A DNA stretch of 64,000 nucleotides from Mustelus asterias (lineage: Eukaryota), in assembly GCF_964213995.1 (NCBI RefSeq), contig NC_135815.1, forward strand, positions 73,594,001 to 73,658,000, read 5' to 3'. Below the pieces are notes generated by a model that had not been told where the DNA came from, ran no database searches, and saw nothing but the letters and a program-made list of their open reading frames with translations. The translations under genes and the position numbers were made by a program. This document shows, in pieces, positions 21,010 through 34,421 of this stretch. Within the stretch, counting starts at the first letter, position 1. Every line of letters begins with the position of its first letter.

Positions 21010-22155
21010 ACTGTCATTGTCTTCGTCTCCTCAAGAAATCTTCTCTTGAAGCTCCAATCTCATAGTCCCCAGGTCCTAAAAAACTCACTTCTACCTCTTT
21101 CCCAAGATCCAAGACTTGTTGTTTCTGCCTTGCAAAATTGATTGCTTCCCAACTCTTTTTCTTTCTTGTCCAATCTCTTCAAACCTACATCCATGCCTTG
21201 GATCTTTCACTATTTTCATACAATTTCCTAATTGTACTCCCTCTGAACTCATCTTGGCCATGAGACATATCTCCTTGATCGTAATCTGACACCCCTTCCC
21301 CTGCTGGCCTCCATGTTAGTCAATGTTGTAAATGTTGTTTTAAGTGTTGTCCCTCTTTAAAACTGCCTTTATCATCCCTCTCGTCAGAAAACTAAGACTT
21401 GACCCCACATCCGAGCGAACTACTGTCCCATCTCTAATCTTTCCTCATGAAAGCTGTTGAATGTGATGTCGCCTCCCAAATCAATTTCCATCTTTCCAGG
21501 AACTCCATGTTTGAATCCCTCCAATGAGGTTTCTGCACCTACCACAGTTCTGAAACAGTTCTTATCAAAAGCCACAAATGATATTCTATGTGGCTGTGAC
21601 AAAGGTGAACTTTCCCTCCTCATTGTCCTCTACCCGTCTGTGGCCTTTGACACAGTTAACCACACCATTGTCCTCAAACACCTTTCCACAGTTGAATGGA
21701 ACTACTCTCATCAGGTTCCATTCTAAACTATCTAATTGTAGTTGACAATCACTTGAAATGGATTATCTTCCTGCTCCCTCGGCATTACCTCTGGTGACTC
21801 TCTCCTATTTCTCATTTATATCCTACCCCTCTGCGACATAATCTGAAGCAACAGTGTTAGTTTTCACATGTATACTGATGACAACCCCAGCTCAAGCTCA
21901 CCAGCTCTCTTGACTCCACTACTATTGCTAAATAATCAGACTGCTTATCTGACATCCAGTATTGAGTGAGCAGAAATTTCCAGCAATTAAATATTGGGAA
22001 AACTGAAGCCATTGTTTTTGGTCTCTGTTCCAAACTCCAATTCCTAACTATTGACTCACCCCTCTTCCTGGCAATAGTCTGAGTTTAAATCAGCCTATTT
22101 GCAACTTTTGTGTCTCATCTGGTCCTGAGATGAATTTCTGACCTCATATTTGTGC
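21010..22155 (+). mobile_element. Decayed L2-type LINE RT fragment
   Basis: ATNDILCGCDKGELSLLIVLYPSVAFDTVNH (L2 consensus TNDIL...LLDLSAAFDTVDH). YTDD at ~21871. Confidence 0.75.
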
Positions 22156-22430
22156 AAAGTAGCAAACCTGAAGATTGGGCACAGTTTAGAATTCTGCAAA
22201 GGAGGATCTAGTGATTGACTAAGAAGGAAGAAAATGGAGTACGAGAGAAAAACTTGCAAGGACTATAAATGTCTCGATAAGTACGTAAAAAGAAAACAAT
22301 TGTAGGTCCCTTATAGTCTGAAATGGGAGAATTTATAATAGAGAACAAGGAAATGGCAGAGCAATTAAACAGCGACTTTAGACAACTTTAGTTCTGTCTT
22401 TATGGAGGAAGGCACAAATAACTTCCCAGA

Positions 22431-22725
22431 GTTTATTTATTAGTGTCACAAGTAGGCTTACATCAACACTGCAATGAAATTACTGTGAAAATCCCCTAGT
22501 CGCCACACTCCAGTGCCTGTTCAGATACACTGAAGGAGAATTTAGGCCAATGTACCTAACCAGCCCATCTTTCTGACTGTGGGAGGAAACCGGAGCAACC
22601 GGATGAAACGCATTCAGACACGGGGAGAACTTGCAGACTCCACACAGACAATGATCCATTCAGGAATTGAACCCGGGTCCCTGGTACTGTGAGGCAGTAG
22701 TGCTAACAGTGTGTGCCACTGTGCC
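22431..22725 (-). mobile_element. V-SINE with the same non-CR1 tail as 13081-13390
   Basis: Reverse complement of the head, V domain and tail of the 13081 copy. Confidence 0.85.
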
Positions 22726-22797
22726 AAAATGCTAGGGAAGCAAGGCTGCAGTGAGATGGAGGAATTGAAGGAAATTAGTATTACTAAAAAAAAGTAA

Positions 22798-25215
22798 TGA
22801 TGTGGAGTTGCCGGCATTGGACTGGGGTAGGCACAGTAAGTAGTCTCACAACACCAGGTTAAAGTCCAACAGGTTTATTTGGTAGCACAAGCTTTCATCA
22901 GGTGAGTGAAGAGTTTGGTTCACAAACAGGGCATATATAGACGCAAACTCAATTACAAGATAATGGTTGGAATGTGAGTCTCAACAGGTAATCAACTCTT
23001 TACAGGTGCAGACAATGTGAGTGGAGAGAGGGTTAAGCACAGGTTAAAGAGATGTGTATTGTCTCCAGCCAGGACAGTTAGTGAGATTTTGCAAGCCCAG
23101 GCAAGTCGTGGGGTTACAGATAGTGTGACATGAACCCAAGATCCCGGTTGAGGGTGTCCTCATGTGTGCGGAACTTGGCTATCAGTTTCTGCTCAGCGAT
23201 TCTGCGTTGTCGTGTGTCGTAAAGGCCGCCTTGGAGAACGCTTATCTGAAAATCAGAGGCTGAATGCCTTTGACTGCTGAAGTGTTCCCCGAAAGAAAGG
23301 GAACACTCGTGCCTGGTGATTATCGAGCGGTGTCCATTCATCCGTTGTCGTAGCGTCTGCATGGTCTCCCCAATGTACCATGCCTCTGGACATCCTTTCC
23401 TGCAGCGTAACAGGTAGACAATGTTGGCCAAGTCAAAAGAGTATGTACCATGTACCTGGTGGATGATGTTCTCACGTGAGATGATGGCATCTATGTTGAT
23501 GATCTGGCATGTCTTGCAAAGGTTGCTGTGGCAGGGTTGTGTGGTGTTGTGGTCACTGTTCTCCTGAAGGCTGGGTAGTTTGCTGCGTACAATAGTCTGT
23601 TTGAGGTTGCGCGGTTGTTTGAAGGCACGTAGTGGAGGTGTGGGGAAGGCCTTGGCGAGATGTTCGTCGTCTTTGATGACATGCTGAAGGCCCAGAGAAG
23701 ATGTCGTAGCTTCTCCACTCGGGGGAAGTACTGGATGACGAAGGGTACTCTGTCCGCCGTGTCCCGTGTTTGTCTTCTAAGGAGGTCTGTGTGGTTTTTC
23801 ACTGGCGTGTCGAAAGTGTCGATCGATGAGTTGAGCGCCATATCCTGTTCTTATGAGGGTGTCTTTCAGCGTCTGCAGGTGTCTGTTGCGATCCTCCTCA
23901 TCTGAGCAGATCCTGTGTATACGGAGGGCTTGTCTGTAGGGGATGGCTTCTTTAACATGTTTAGGGTGGAAGCTGGAGAAGTGGAGCATCGTGAGGTTAT
24001 CCATGGGCTTGTGGTACAGTGAGTGATGAAGTGACCATCCTTGATGGAGATGCGTGTGTCCAAGAATGCAACCGATTCTGAAGAGTAGTCCAAGGTGAGT
24101 CTGATGGTGGGATGGAACTTGTTGATGTCATCATGTAGTTGTTTCAGTGATTGTTCACCATGAGTCCAAAGGAAGAAAATGTCATCGATGTATCTAGTGT
24201 ATAGCATCGGTTGAAGGTCCTGTGTGGTGAAGAAGTCTTGTTCGAACCTGTGCATGAAGATGTTGGCATATTGAGGTGTGAATTTGGTCCCCATGGCTGT
24301 TCCATGTGTCTGGATGAAGAACTGGTTGTTGAAGTTGAAGACATTGTGGTCCAGGATGAAGTGAATGAGTTGTAGAATTGCATCTGGAGATTGGCAGTTG
24401 TCGGCGTTGAGTACTGAGGCAGTTGCAGCAATGCCGTCGTTGTGGGGGATGCTGGTGTAGGGTGCCAAGACATCCATTGTGATGAGGAATGTTCCTGGTT
24501 CAGCTGCTCCATGGGTGCTGAGTTTCTGTAAGAAGTCTGTAGTGTCACAACAGAAGCTGGGGGTCCTTTGTACAATGGGTTTCAGGATGCCCTCAATGTA
24601 GCCAGAGAGATTCTCAGACAGGGTCCCATTGCCCGATACGATGGGACGGCCGGGTGTGTTTGCCTTGTGTATCTTTGGGAAACAGTAGAGATCTCCAACG
24701 CGAGGAATACGTGGGATGAGAGCACAGAGGGTGCTCTGAAGGTCCAGTTCAAAGGTCTTGATCAGTCTGTTGAGTTGACGGGTGTGTTCTTTCGTTGGAT
24801 CTGCAGGTAACTGTCTGTAATGTTCCTCGTTGTTCAGTTGTCGGTACACTTCTTTGCAGTAATCCGTTCTGTTCAGTATGACGGTGGCTCCTCCTCTGTC
24901 TGCTGGTTTGATGACAATGTTGCGGTTGGTCTTGCGAGCATGGATGACGTTGCGTTGTGCTTGGGTGACATTCGGGGCTGTCTTGTGAGTGCGGCTGATG
25001 AATCTGGCATTGACGCACCTCCTGACAGCTTGAGCATACATGTCGAGTCGAGGGCAGCGGCCTTCCGGAGGAATCCAATTTGACTCTTTCCTCTTTGGTC
25101 GCTGCACCGTAGATCTCTCTGTCATCAGTTCTGGTTCATTGGCTGTCTCATTGGGTTCGCTCTTGGCCTCTTGGGGTTTGTGGAAAAACTCCCAGAACCT
25201 CATTCACCTGATGCG
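22798..25215 (-). mobile_element. Penelope-like retroelement, 5'-truncated: RT, GIY-YIG endonuclease and pLTR; frameshifted
   Basis: PLE RT motifs IKPADRGG, PKIHK, GRPIVS, GTAMG, YTRYIDDIF (23866..25203). GIY-YIG NIVYLLRC...WYIGET...RQRMNGHR (23114..23431). The hammerhead in the pLTR has lost stem II. Confidence 0.93.
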
Positions 25216-25739
25216 AAAAAAAAATGCTGGAGAAATTAATGGGACTGAAAACCAATAAATCCCCAGGGCCTGACAATTTACATCCCTGGGTACTAAAGGA
25301 GGTGGCCATGGAAGTAAGGGATGTGTTGGTTGTCATCTTCAGAAATTCTGTAGATTCTGGAACAGTCCCCGCAGATTGGAAAGCGGCAAATGGAACCCCA
25401 CTGTTTAAAAACAGAGGGTGAGAGAAAAGAAGGAATTACAGACTGATTAGCCTAACATCAGTAATATGGAAAATGCTACAGTCTATCATAAAGGATGTGA
25501 TAACAGGACACTTAAAAAATATCAACAGGATTAGAAAAACTCAACATGGATTTACAAAAGTGAAATCATATTTAACAAACCTACTGAAGTTTTTTGAGGA
25601 TGTAACTAGCAGAAGTGTCTCCATCACATCATGGTGGTGATCTGTGGAAGAGGTGTCTTTCATTTGTAGAATTGGAGAGTTCTGGCAGTGCATCTAAGAT
25701 CCTATTCTCGATGGCAAAACCAATTCTTTGGACACAATA

Positions 25740-26065
25740 GTTGCTGCCATCTGGAATGGAATATTGGATGCACTGCCAAAACTCCCCAATTATATAAATG
25801 AAAGACTCATGACATTTCACCTACAGCATTGCTGGAACCAATATGCCACCATCATCAGCCCTAATGCCTTTAACTCCAATGAAGATGTTCAGGAAAAATT
25901 GTATTCTAATCTTGATGAAGTCCTCACTGCCATCCCAAAAGAAGAAAAGATCATCCTTCAGGGGGACTTTAATGCCAGGATTGGCCATGACTGATGTCTG
26001 GAGATGAACCATTGGGAAAATGGGGTGGGAAAGGCCAGTGTAAGTGGCATCCTCCTGTTGATGAT
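25740..26065 (+). mobile_element. RTE-type LINE endonuclease fragment
   Basis: INERLMT...ATIIS...EKLYSNLDEVLTAIPKEEKIILQGDFNARIGHD. Confidence 0.78.
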
Positions 26066-26422
26066 ACATCAGCTCGGGTGTGGAATGCTTCCATTCTATG
26101 AGTGTATCATTCAGCCCTAAAGGTCAGGAGTCTCCGGTCTTGTCAGTCTCATAATTGCGAGCAAGAACAGAAAACTTGAGATTCGAAATCAAAGCCACGA
26201 ACGAGGAGGAAGATTTTAGTCAATATCTCCCCTAATCAGTACTGGCACCCCAAATCCCTTTTTCCTTCCCTATCTTTTCTGAACACTTTATGTCCTTAAA
26301 TATTAAGTGCCCAGTTTTCAACATTTTTTAGTGACATTTCCATTATTGCCACTGCATCACAACATTTCCACACAGCTATTGTAGCTCCCAATCCTAAACA
26401 AAATATAGTGCAACCTTGAGCC

Positions 26423-26441
26423 TGGCCACTAGATGTCAGTA
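26423..26441 (+). promoter_or_regulatory. Candidate CTCF site
   Basis: TGGCCACTAGATGTCAGTA closely fits the CTCF core. Lies in apparently non-repetitive sequence. Confidence 0.4.
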
Positions 26442-26967
26442 TGTATTGGCATGCTTGGCCTTATTTGAAAATGTTGAAGTTATCGAGATATCACTTGTTT
26501 TGAAACATCCTAAGCATTGAACACGAGAATCTGTAAGAATAGATCAATTGACTTCTCTTATTTTGCTTATTTTGTGAAATGTAAACTAGACTGGAAATTA
26601 ATATTGAGTCAACAAAAATTGACTTTTTAAAAATACCATATGAAATAAGAGAAAAATTTTCTAATTAATGTAAACAAAATATCACAAAACAGAACTCATA
26701 TTCAAACTACATGTGTTTGAACAGAACAGTGTTGTTTGACTGCAAGTCAACCATTGTTCCAATAACTTTAAAGAAATGTGCTATTTGGTTCAGCCCATCA
26801 ATATGGCTTTTCTATTTTTGGAGTGATTACTTAGTCCAGTTTCTAAATCTACCTCCACTCCACCATGTAATCTTCCCTGTGGCTCAACAGCCAGAATCCT
26901 AGCTATATTTATGGCATACAATAAGCTTACACTCTGTCAACAATCTCTTCTTCATCCAACGGAACCT

Positions 26968-28115
26968 GGGAGGCCGATTCTCCCAGAAGTGCTGAATTGG
27001 TGGGAAAACTGTTCTAGATCACGACTGTTTTTTCAGTGAGGCTTCAGTCCTGAATCTCCGCACTCTGTGCACTGCAGAGGTCACAATCGTGAACATCATT
27101 AAAAACCCAGGGGGCAGGGCCTATTCGTGTCGGAGTCTGACAGTTCTGGAACTCTGCGCATGCGCAGTGGCCCTAATCTGTCAGTCTCCCAGTTTGCTGG
27201 CCGGCTCAATCGCTGGCCAGCCCAAGACTCCCACAGTGCTGCCCCTCCAGCACCCCCCCACGACCCAATCACGGCCCCCACAACAATTCCCAGGCCAGCC
27301 CTGACACCCCCCCCCCCCCCATTCCGGGGCACCCCGATGTCCAGCTCACCACTCCCCCCAGCAGTGAAGAGCCCCCCACCCCCTCACCCCAGCAGATTCC
27401 CCCCCCCACCTCCACTGAGCCCCCCCCGGAGTCAGACCCCCTCCCCCCCCTCCACTGAGCCCACCCCGGGGTCAGACCCCCCCTCGGGAGGCAGGCCCCC
27501 CCAGCCTGCCCGATTGCTGGCCTCCCTCCAGCCCAGACCGAGCCCAATGTAGAGTGGCAGCGGGACCCCCCCCACCCCCACTCATCGCCCCTAGGCCCCC
27601 TTGGCACTGCCCGATACCTGGTGGGCAGTGCCAAGGTGTCCCCTGGGCATGGGCACTTTGCACCTTGGGCAGTGCCAAGGGGCACAGGCTGGCATTGCCA
27701 GGGTGCCCATGCCCAGGGTGCACCACCCCCCCACTGCCCGACCTCCTGGGGGGCCTCAATTGCCTGCCTTCACTCTGGCGGGGTCTCCCTCTAGTTCCCC
27801 GAACATAGGGAGCTACTCTAAACCATGCCAGAATGAAGTACTCCTGGCGGGGTGGGAGATGCTATCGGGCCCAGCAAGTTCCGTGCCACGCCCAATAATG
27901 GCATTTAAAATACATTTAAAATATATGTTAAATATATTCAAATGACTTACCTCACTTCCTCCCGGACTTCTGCGCGTTCCTGGCGGCGCCATTTTCTTCC
28001 GGTTGGGAGATGGATGCGTGTCGTAAAAGCTCGCAGGGAGCCCGTCAAAATGGCCGACACACGCATCTCCTGACCTGACCCGCCAGAAAATTTGCGGGTC
28101 ACAATGGAAAAATTG
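26968..28115. mobile_element. Harbinger-like MITE (family of 15634-16711), right TIR damaged
   Basis: Left GGGAGGCCGATTCTCCC. Colinear with the 15.6-kb copy. C-tracts and TGGCACTGCCC palindromes. Confidence 0.8.
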
Positions 28116-30319
28116 GAAGATTGCTCAAATCTGCTGCAAGGCTCGTTAAAGGTTCACTTGTGGTCCCTCTAGTTCAAAGATGTTCTCAAGCATAATCCTG
28201 AGACTTAAGCCCTGATTTTAACTCTATTTGGGAATTGGGTAAGCAGCAAACTGACCTGTCCTTGGAAGCATAAACCTTCAGGAGATTTTAACTCTCAGGC
28301 CTCGTCTACATTCTCCCTCCTTCTCCTATTTTGTTACTTTCTGACCCAAAACCAGAGAGAAATACTAGCTGGCCATCAGGCAAGATAGTGATGTCAAGTG
28401 GCAGGAGGCCACCAGGGAGGGAAAGAATTGTCCCTGGCACTCTGATAGTTAGCACAGAGGATCACATTAACACCAATGCATTTGCTCTAGGCAGTGGGAC
28501 TTCACTGCAATAACAAGACAACATTACATGTAAGTAATGACAATTTTATTTATTCATGGGATGTGAACATCAGTGGCAAGGCCGGCATTTTCTGCCCATC
28601 CTTAATTGTCCCTAATGAACTGCTTTGAAACACTGTAGTCCTTGTGGTGTAAGTACAACTACAATGTAGGAATGGAGTTACAGGATTTGAATGAGTGACT
28701 TCAAAGGAAAGATCTAATTACAGCTAGGCTAGCTTCGTTGTCGTCACAAGTACTTAAAAGTTAACAGCATCAAGCCACTGCTTTAGAATTCAGTTTTGTT
28801 CTCTCCAGTCCAACAGGTGTCCCTCTGAGCTGAGGAAGGTCTGCTGTTTCAGAAATTCAAAAGCTGGGCAAAAGGTAATAGGACCTCCCTTCTTTGAACA
28901 AAGCAGTTTTTAGCTGGGAGAATACATTTGAATTTAGAATCAATCAATGCTTAGAATGTGCCTTCTTGGAGACTGAAATCAAATGGCTTTCAATGTGTGT
29001 GCAGAGGTAATAGACACTATGTAATAAACACTCCACAGATAGTAATGACCACGTATACTAAAAGCAACAAATGCAGTGAATTGAATTTGTAATCCAATGT
29101 TATTCAAGCACCTACTTCAGAACATTTTGGAAAATTAGGGTTGGTATATTTCTTTCAAGATTAGTTTTTTGCACTACTTTGTGTGTAAGTCCCATTGTAA
29201 CACCTTCTTTAATGCCGGAAATGAACAGTAATATGCGGGCAAAGTTTTTTTTATATTCATTCGTGGGATGTAGACGTCATTGTCTTGGCCAGCATTTATT
29301 TCTCATCCCTAATTGTCCTTGATAAGATGATGGTGATCTGCTTTCTTGAATTGCTGCAGTCCACCTTTTGTCAGAACACCAATGGTGCTGTTAGGGAGGG
29401 AGTTCCAGGACTTTGATCCAGCACCAGTGAAAGAATGGCAGTGTAGTTCAAAGTCAGAATGGTGTTTGTCATGGGGTCATCCAGTGTTTTAATTAGTCTG
29501 GTGCTGCAATGTTGTTTGATGTCTAGGGAACAAATTGACTAAAGCATGGAAAAAGGCATGAGAGACCTATCCTCAGGAGGAGAAGTATCAGTGGAGACCT
29601 ATGTCCAGAGGTTTGCTCCAAGAACATTGTGTTACATCCCCATGAAGGCCGATAACTTATTTAAATTCTCAGAGACAAATTGATGGAATTGCACAAGGTT
29701 TCAAGTTTTAACACTTTTAATGTGCCAAAAGAATTAAAAACAACATTGACTAAACATGACTAAGTAGGTAACTAGCTAAAAACAAACCATGGATTGCTAA
29801 TTAACTGTTAATACAAACAAAGCCCAATGCCACAGTTATATATTACACTGTCCTCTAAGATGACACTTCGTTCTTCAGGAAGCAGCCCAAAGTTATTTTC
29901 TTTCCAGCCAGGCAACTCTTCATCCCAGAAATGATTTGAGGTACCCTGGAGATTCCTTCCTCTAGTTAATCTTGGAAAATTTTCCAGCCTCCTTTAAATG
30001 CTCATGAACTTGATCTCTTCAATCTGAGCATGAGCTCGCACCCACATTCTGTGTGTTGACTAACAGAAGCAGCATTTTCTTTGCTAGTTACAGAACTGGC
30101 TGTTTCTGTCTCTGTTTTCTCTATCTCTTAGATCACAGAAGACTGCTTGTTTCTGTCTGTGAATTTTTGTAATCTCCTAACAGCTGCAACCCAATATCAC
30201 AATGACTATGAATCACATGGGCCTTGTATCCTGGTAGAAATGTTAATTATTTCTCTTCTAGGCTCCAGAACTATCCCATTTTGGAATTAGGTATACAGTT
30301 TAAAGTATAACTTGCGAAA

Positions 30320-30780
30320 ATTGCTGAAAAATGAGACATGTTGAAGCTTTTTGTCTTGCAGTCACCAGGACAAAAACAAGGATGCCAAATTTCAAATGAT
30401 CACAATTTATACTACTGGAGAAAAAGAAGCTGATTGGTTCTCATTGCCATGGAGAAAATAACAGGGAACCACAGGCAGGTAATCCAAAAAAGAACGTCTT
30501 CCTTTCATTTACAAATAATGGGTCCCTGCATATGAATGTAGGTTGCTTCTAGCAAACATGAATGAAGCACATTGAGCATGACTGACTATCTTAAATTGGT
30601 AGTTACTGAAACTTTTGGCATTTTCAGAATTGTTCAGCACATACTGTCCAATCGCGGAATCACATCTAACAGTAAATATTTTGTTTTGGGTTTTGCAAGA
30701 GTGGGCTAGTTGAGTACAGCCTGTACTCTGCCTATTATGAACTGAAGGAACATGTTGTTTGACTGTACTGCCTCTAATGT
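30320..30780 (-). mobile_element. 3' end of a second Penelope family (GIY-YIG C-terminus plus decayed hammerhead)
   Basis: KQHVP...CDSAIGQYVLNN...FKIVS. Minus strand GTCCTGGTGACTGCAAGACAAAAAGCTT resembles CTGATGA..GAAA. Confidence 0.6.
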
Positions 30781-32340
30781 AAGTATATCCATCCTTAAGT
30801 ATGGAAACCACATTACTCCATGTGTGGTCTCACTAAAGCCCTGCACAAATGTAACAACACTTCCTTATTCTTGTACTTCAATCCCTTTTCACTGAAGGCC
30901 AACATGCCACTTGCCTTCCTAATTGCTTGCCGTACCTGCGTGCTAACTTTCTGAATTCCTTGTACGAGTACACCAAATTCTCTGAACATCAACATGCTTT
31001 TCTATGACATTCTACGTGAACAACCTCATATTCCCCCATATTATACTCCTGCCATCTTGTTTCCCACTCACTTAATGACTCTGCATCTCATTGTAGCTTC
31101 TCTGTGTCCTCCTCACATTTCCACCTAGCTCTGTATGATCGGTAAAATTAGATACATTACTCTCTGTCTCTTTGTCTAAGTCATTAATATGCACAGATCC
31201 TGGTGGCACGCCAGTAGTCACAGGCTGCCAACATGAAATTGTCTCATATACTCTTTGCTTCCTGTCCATTAATCAATCCTTTATCCATACTAACATATTA
31301 TCACCAACTTCATTAGCTGTTTGCATATTATTATCATTTGTATATTAACATTTGGGTGAGATCTTCCTAAAAAAATTCAAAGTGCCGAACAACCAAGAAA
31401 ATGGGAAAGTTTCTGACCCGTTTCTTGAGTGAGTTTGAAAATGCACTCAGTCACTTTTTTGGACAGAAGTGCGATTCTCACCAGTAGCGGGGTGCTACTG
31501 TAAGCTCATCAATGAAGCTGGCTGCAGACTGCTTGGGGTGCCATTGGGCAGGTGTCCCAATCTCACAGTGCACTGTGAGATCTCCCGCCACCCCCTCCCC
31601 CTCCTCTGCTGATTGCTCCCTGGACTGGTTCCGCACCCCCCCCCCCCCCAATTGTTCCCTCTGCTTGGCCATGCCCCTGCCCACCCAGGGGCCTCCGAGC
31701 ACCCCCCAATATGGCCATCACATCTCATCCCCATTGGTGAGACCTCTCTGGCCTTGCCAGATGCGTTAATGACATGTTAAGCACGTCATTAATATTTAAA
31801 TTGGCTTTGTGCCCTTTTTGGGTGTGAAGCCGATCACACTGGCAAAACAGAGCCAGGAAGATAGCTTTTGAGGCGAAACTGGTTCGCGCCCGGCGCAAAA
31901 GCCTCTGTGCTATCTTCGATTGGCACAGCAGGCTGAAAGGCACTTATGTGGCATTTTATTGAATGTATTTTGAAAATCCTAGTATACTGCAATTATAAAT
32001 ACCTTTATCTATCCTACCGGCAACATGCTCAAAAACCTCTAATAAATTTGTCAAACATGATTTCCCTTTCGTCAAACCACGTTGACATGTCTGATCACAC
32101 AATACTATTTTAAGTGAATTGTTAAGACTTCCTTAATATTGGATTCCTGCAATTTTCTGATGACAGATGTCAGATGAACTAGCCTGTAGTTCCCTGGTTT
32201 CTCTCTCCATCTTTTGTTCAATAGCTGTGTTACAGTTGCTAACTTCCAATCTACTAGGACCATTTCAGAATCTAGGGCATTTTGGAAAATCATAGCCAAT
32301 GCATCAACCATCTCTGTAGGTATCTCTTTAGAACTGGAGA
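30781..32340 (-). mobile_element. Decayed CR1 fragments with an inserted MITE remnant (~31355-31945, related to the 7401 family)
   Basis: ALVRPHME, WQPVTTGVP and PGNYRLV remnants. The insert starts GGGTGAGATCTTCC and ends ...GCACAGCAGGCTG like the 7401-10909 element. Confidence 0.65.
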
Positions 32341-34421
32341 TACCCTGATAAGCAGATTGGCTGCCGGTTGCACAGAGGAGGGCAGCCAATTGACGTAATT
32401 AAGGCCTCAATAAGGGGTGATATTGTGGCCTTACCAATATTTTGCCTGTGGCAGAGTAACCGTCCCACTACACACAGAGACCATCACCTCAATGTAAGCA
32501 GTCTCCCTGGTGCAGGCTGACAACCCATCAGAGACAGAGGCTCCATGCCCCAAAGAGTGTGCTGCATTAATGAAAGGCAGCAGCCATGGAGCCAGCAAAT
32601 GGGATCTCCCTCCAGACAATCACCTGTCCAGATGACAGACATTTGTTGATTGATATGCAGGCCACTGAGAGCACCTCCTGGTTGAAATGCTCTTGGGATC
32701 ATGTGCCTATTTCAGCAATGCCTACCTTTCCTAAAGGGGCTGCCAAAGCTCTAGAGCTGGCAGTTCTCTAATTGGGCCAGCAGCATCAAGACCCCACCCA
32801 TCATCCTTAACAGAATGGCAATCTCAGAAGTGGCCAATTAAGAGGCTGCCTCCAGGAAGCTTGCTCCCCTGGTCTTGCTGCAGGCAACTGCAGGTTTGGG
32901 ATTCTTATTTGGTTCTGATGTAGTGTTCTGAAGCCGGCGGCAAAATCCAGCTTTTATTTTCCAAGATGTAAGTGGGCCCCTTATCCCTTCTACCAAAATG
33001 CACCACCTCACATTTATATATATTGAAATTAATTTGCCCATTCTAAAGTTTATTCATATTTTCTTGAATTTTATCACAATCTTCCTCAGTAATGTCTAGA
33101 ATGTGGAATTTTCTGCCATATGGGGCAGTTAAAGTGAATGGATTAGAAGCATTTAAGGGAAAGCAATATAAAACACATGGGAGACAAAGAAATATAGTGA
33201 TAGGTTATGATGACAGAGTTAGATGAATAAGGTGCCCATGGAGGTTCATGTAGAGCCAGATGAATTGAATGACTGTTTGTGTGCTGTACATTCTATGTAA
33301 TTTTGTAATTGTACCCTGAATGTATTGTTATACACCAGTATTGAAATCTGACTTCTAATTCCCAAGATCAAATAGTTTATTTAAGTGATAAACAAGGGCC
33401 CCAGCACAGATCCTTGTGGAATGCCATTTCCCACCTTCTGCTAGTCCAAGTCATTACGTATTTTCTATTTCCTACTTTCTGTTTTCTATTTTGTAGCCAA
33501 CTTGGTGTGAACTGTTATATTGTTGGAGAAGTTTTGAATGGAGCTGAACTCTACATAATGATCAATTATGCTGTATAATTGCTGTAACATTATGGCGGCA
33601 TGGTCACTGATGAAACAATTGAAGATAATTAGAGCAGTGGATCATATCCTGAGGCATTCATGCATGACGCGTCAACTAGAATCTTTGGGCCCTTTCAATG
33701 AGGAAAATGAATCAGAAATGCAGAGCAGTTTCAGTACTTTGTGCAAGCAAATAAAGTTGCAAACAAGATACTCATACCAGTTTTTCTCTGCACAATATTA
33801 AGTCTAACCTTTAATTTGCTCCAAAGCTTGGTTTATCCAGCACAGCCATGATAGAGATCCTTGAAGAACTCTCCAAAGGCACTGATCATTGGGGAATGGT
33901 TCAAGTTCCACTGAACAAATCAAGTGGAATGGTGAAAGTATTGCTCAGTTTGTGGTAACCTTAAAAATTCGGCACAACATTGTGAATTTGGTGTGATTAG
34001 CATATACTGCTTGAGATTGTCTAGTTTGTGGTCTCCAAAATGAGACTACCCAAAGAAGATTGCTTACCAAACATGCTTTGACCTGAAAGACAGCAGTAGA
34101 AATCACATTGTCAATGGAACTGGCTGCCAAAGAGGTTTCACAGTTTGGTGCAGGAATGAAGATCCACAATGTGGGAACTGCCTATAAGAAGTCAAAAAGC
34201 AATAAGCATTTCAGATTTCATTGGCAGAGGTGTCAAAATGGACCATTCAGCCAGTGAATGCTGGAGCAAGAATAGTCAATGAATTATTTGAATTATATGA
34301 AGAATTGTGGCAAAATGAGTCACATTGCAAAAGCTTGTTGGGCTAGACCAGCTTACCCTGAGAAGAAGAATCTGGGTACCTTCAAGAAAAAGAACAAGTT
34401 GCATTCTAAAAAATAATTTAC

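Larger units (their letters stand above)
22156..25612 (+). mobile_element. Decayed CR1 internal fragment hosting a V-SINE and a Penelope element
   Basis: CR1 RT-linker sequence 22156-22797 resumes at 25216 (MLEKLMGLKTNKSPGPDNLHP). Confidence 0.8.

Noticed and set aside
28809-28874. 66-nt plus-strand exon-like segment (TTCTCTCCAG...AAG|GTAATA)
   Set aside because: No recognisable peptide, partner exon or upstream promoter in the window; indistinguishable from chance.
29690-30312. Possible additional LTR remnant (also 11985-12300 and 16960-17139)
   Set aside because: LTR-like composition, but I could not define both ends, a TSD, a PBS or a PPT.
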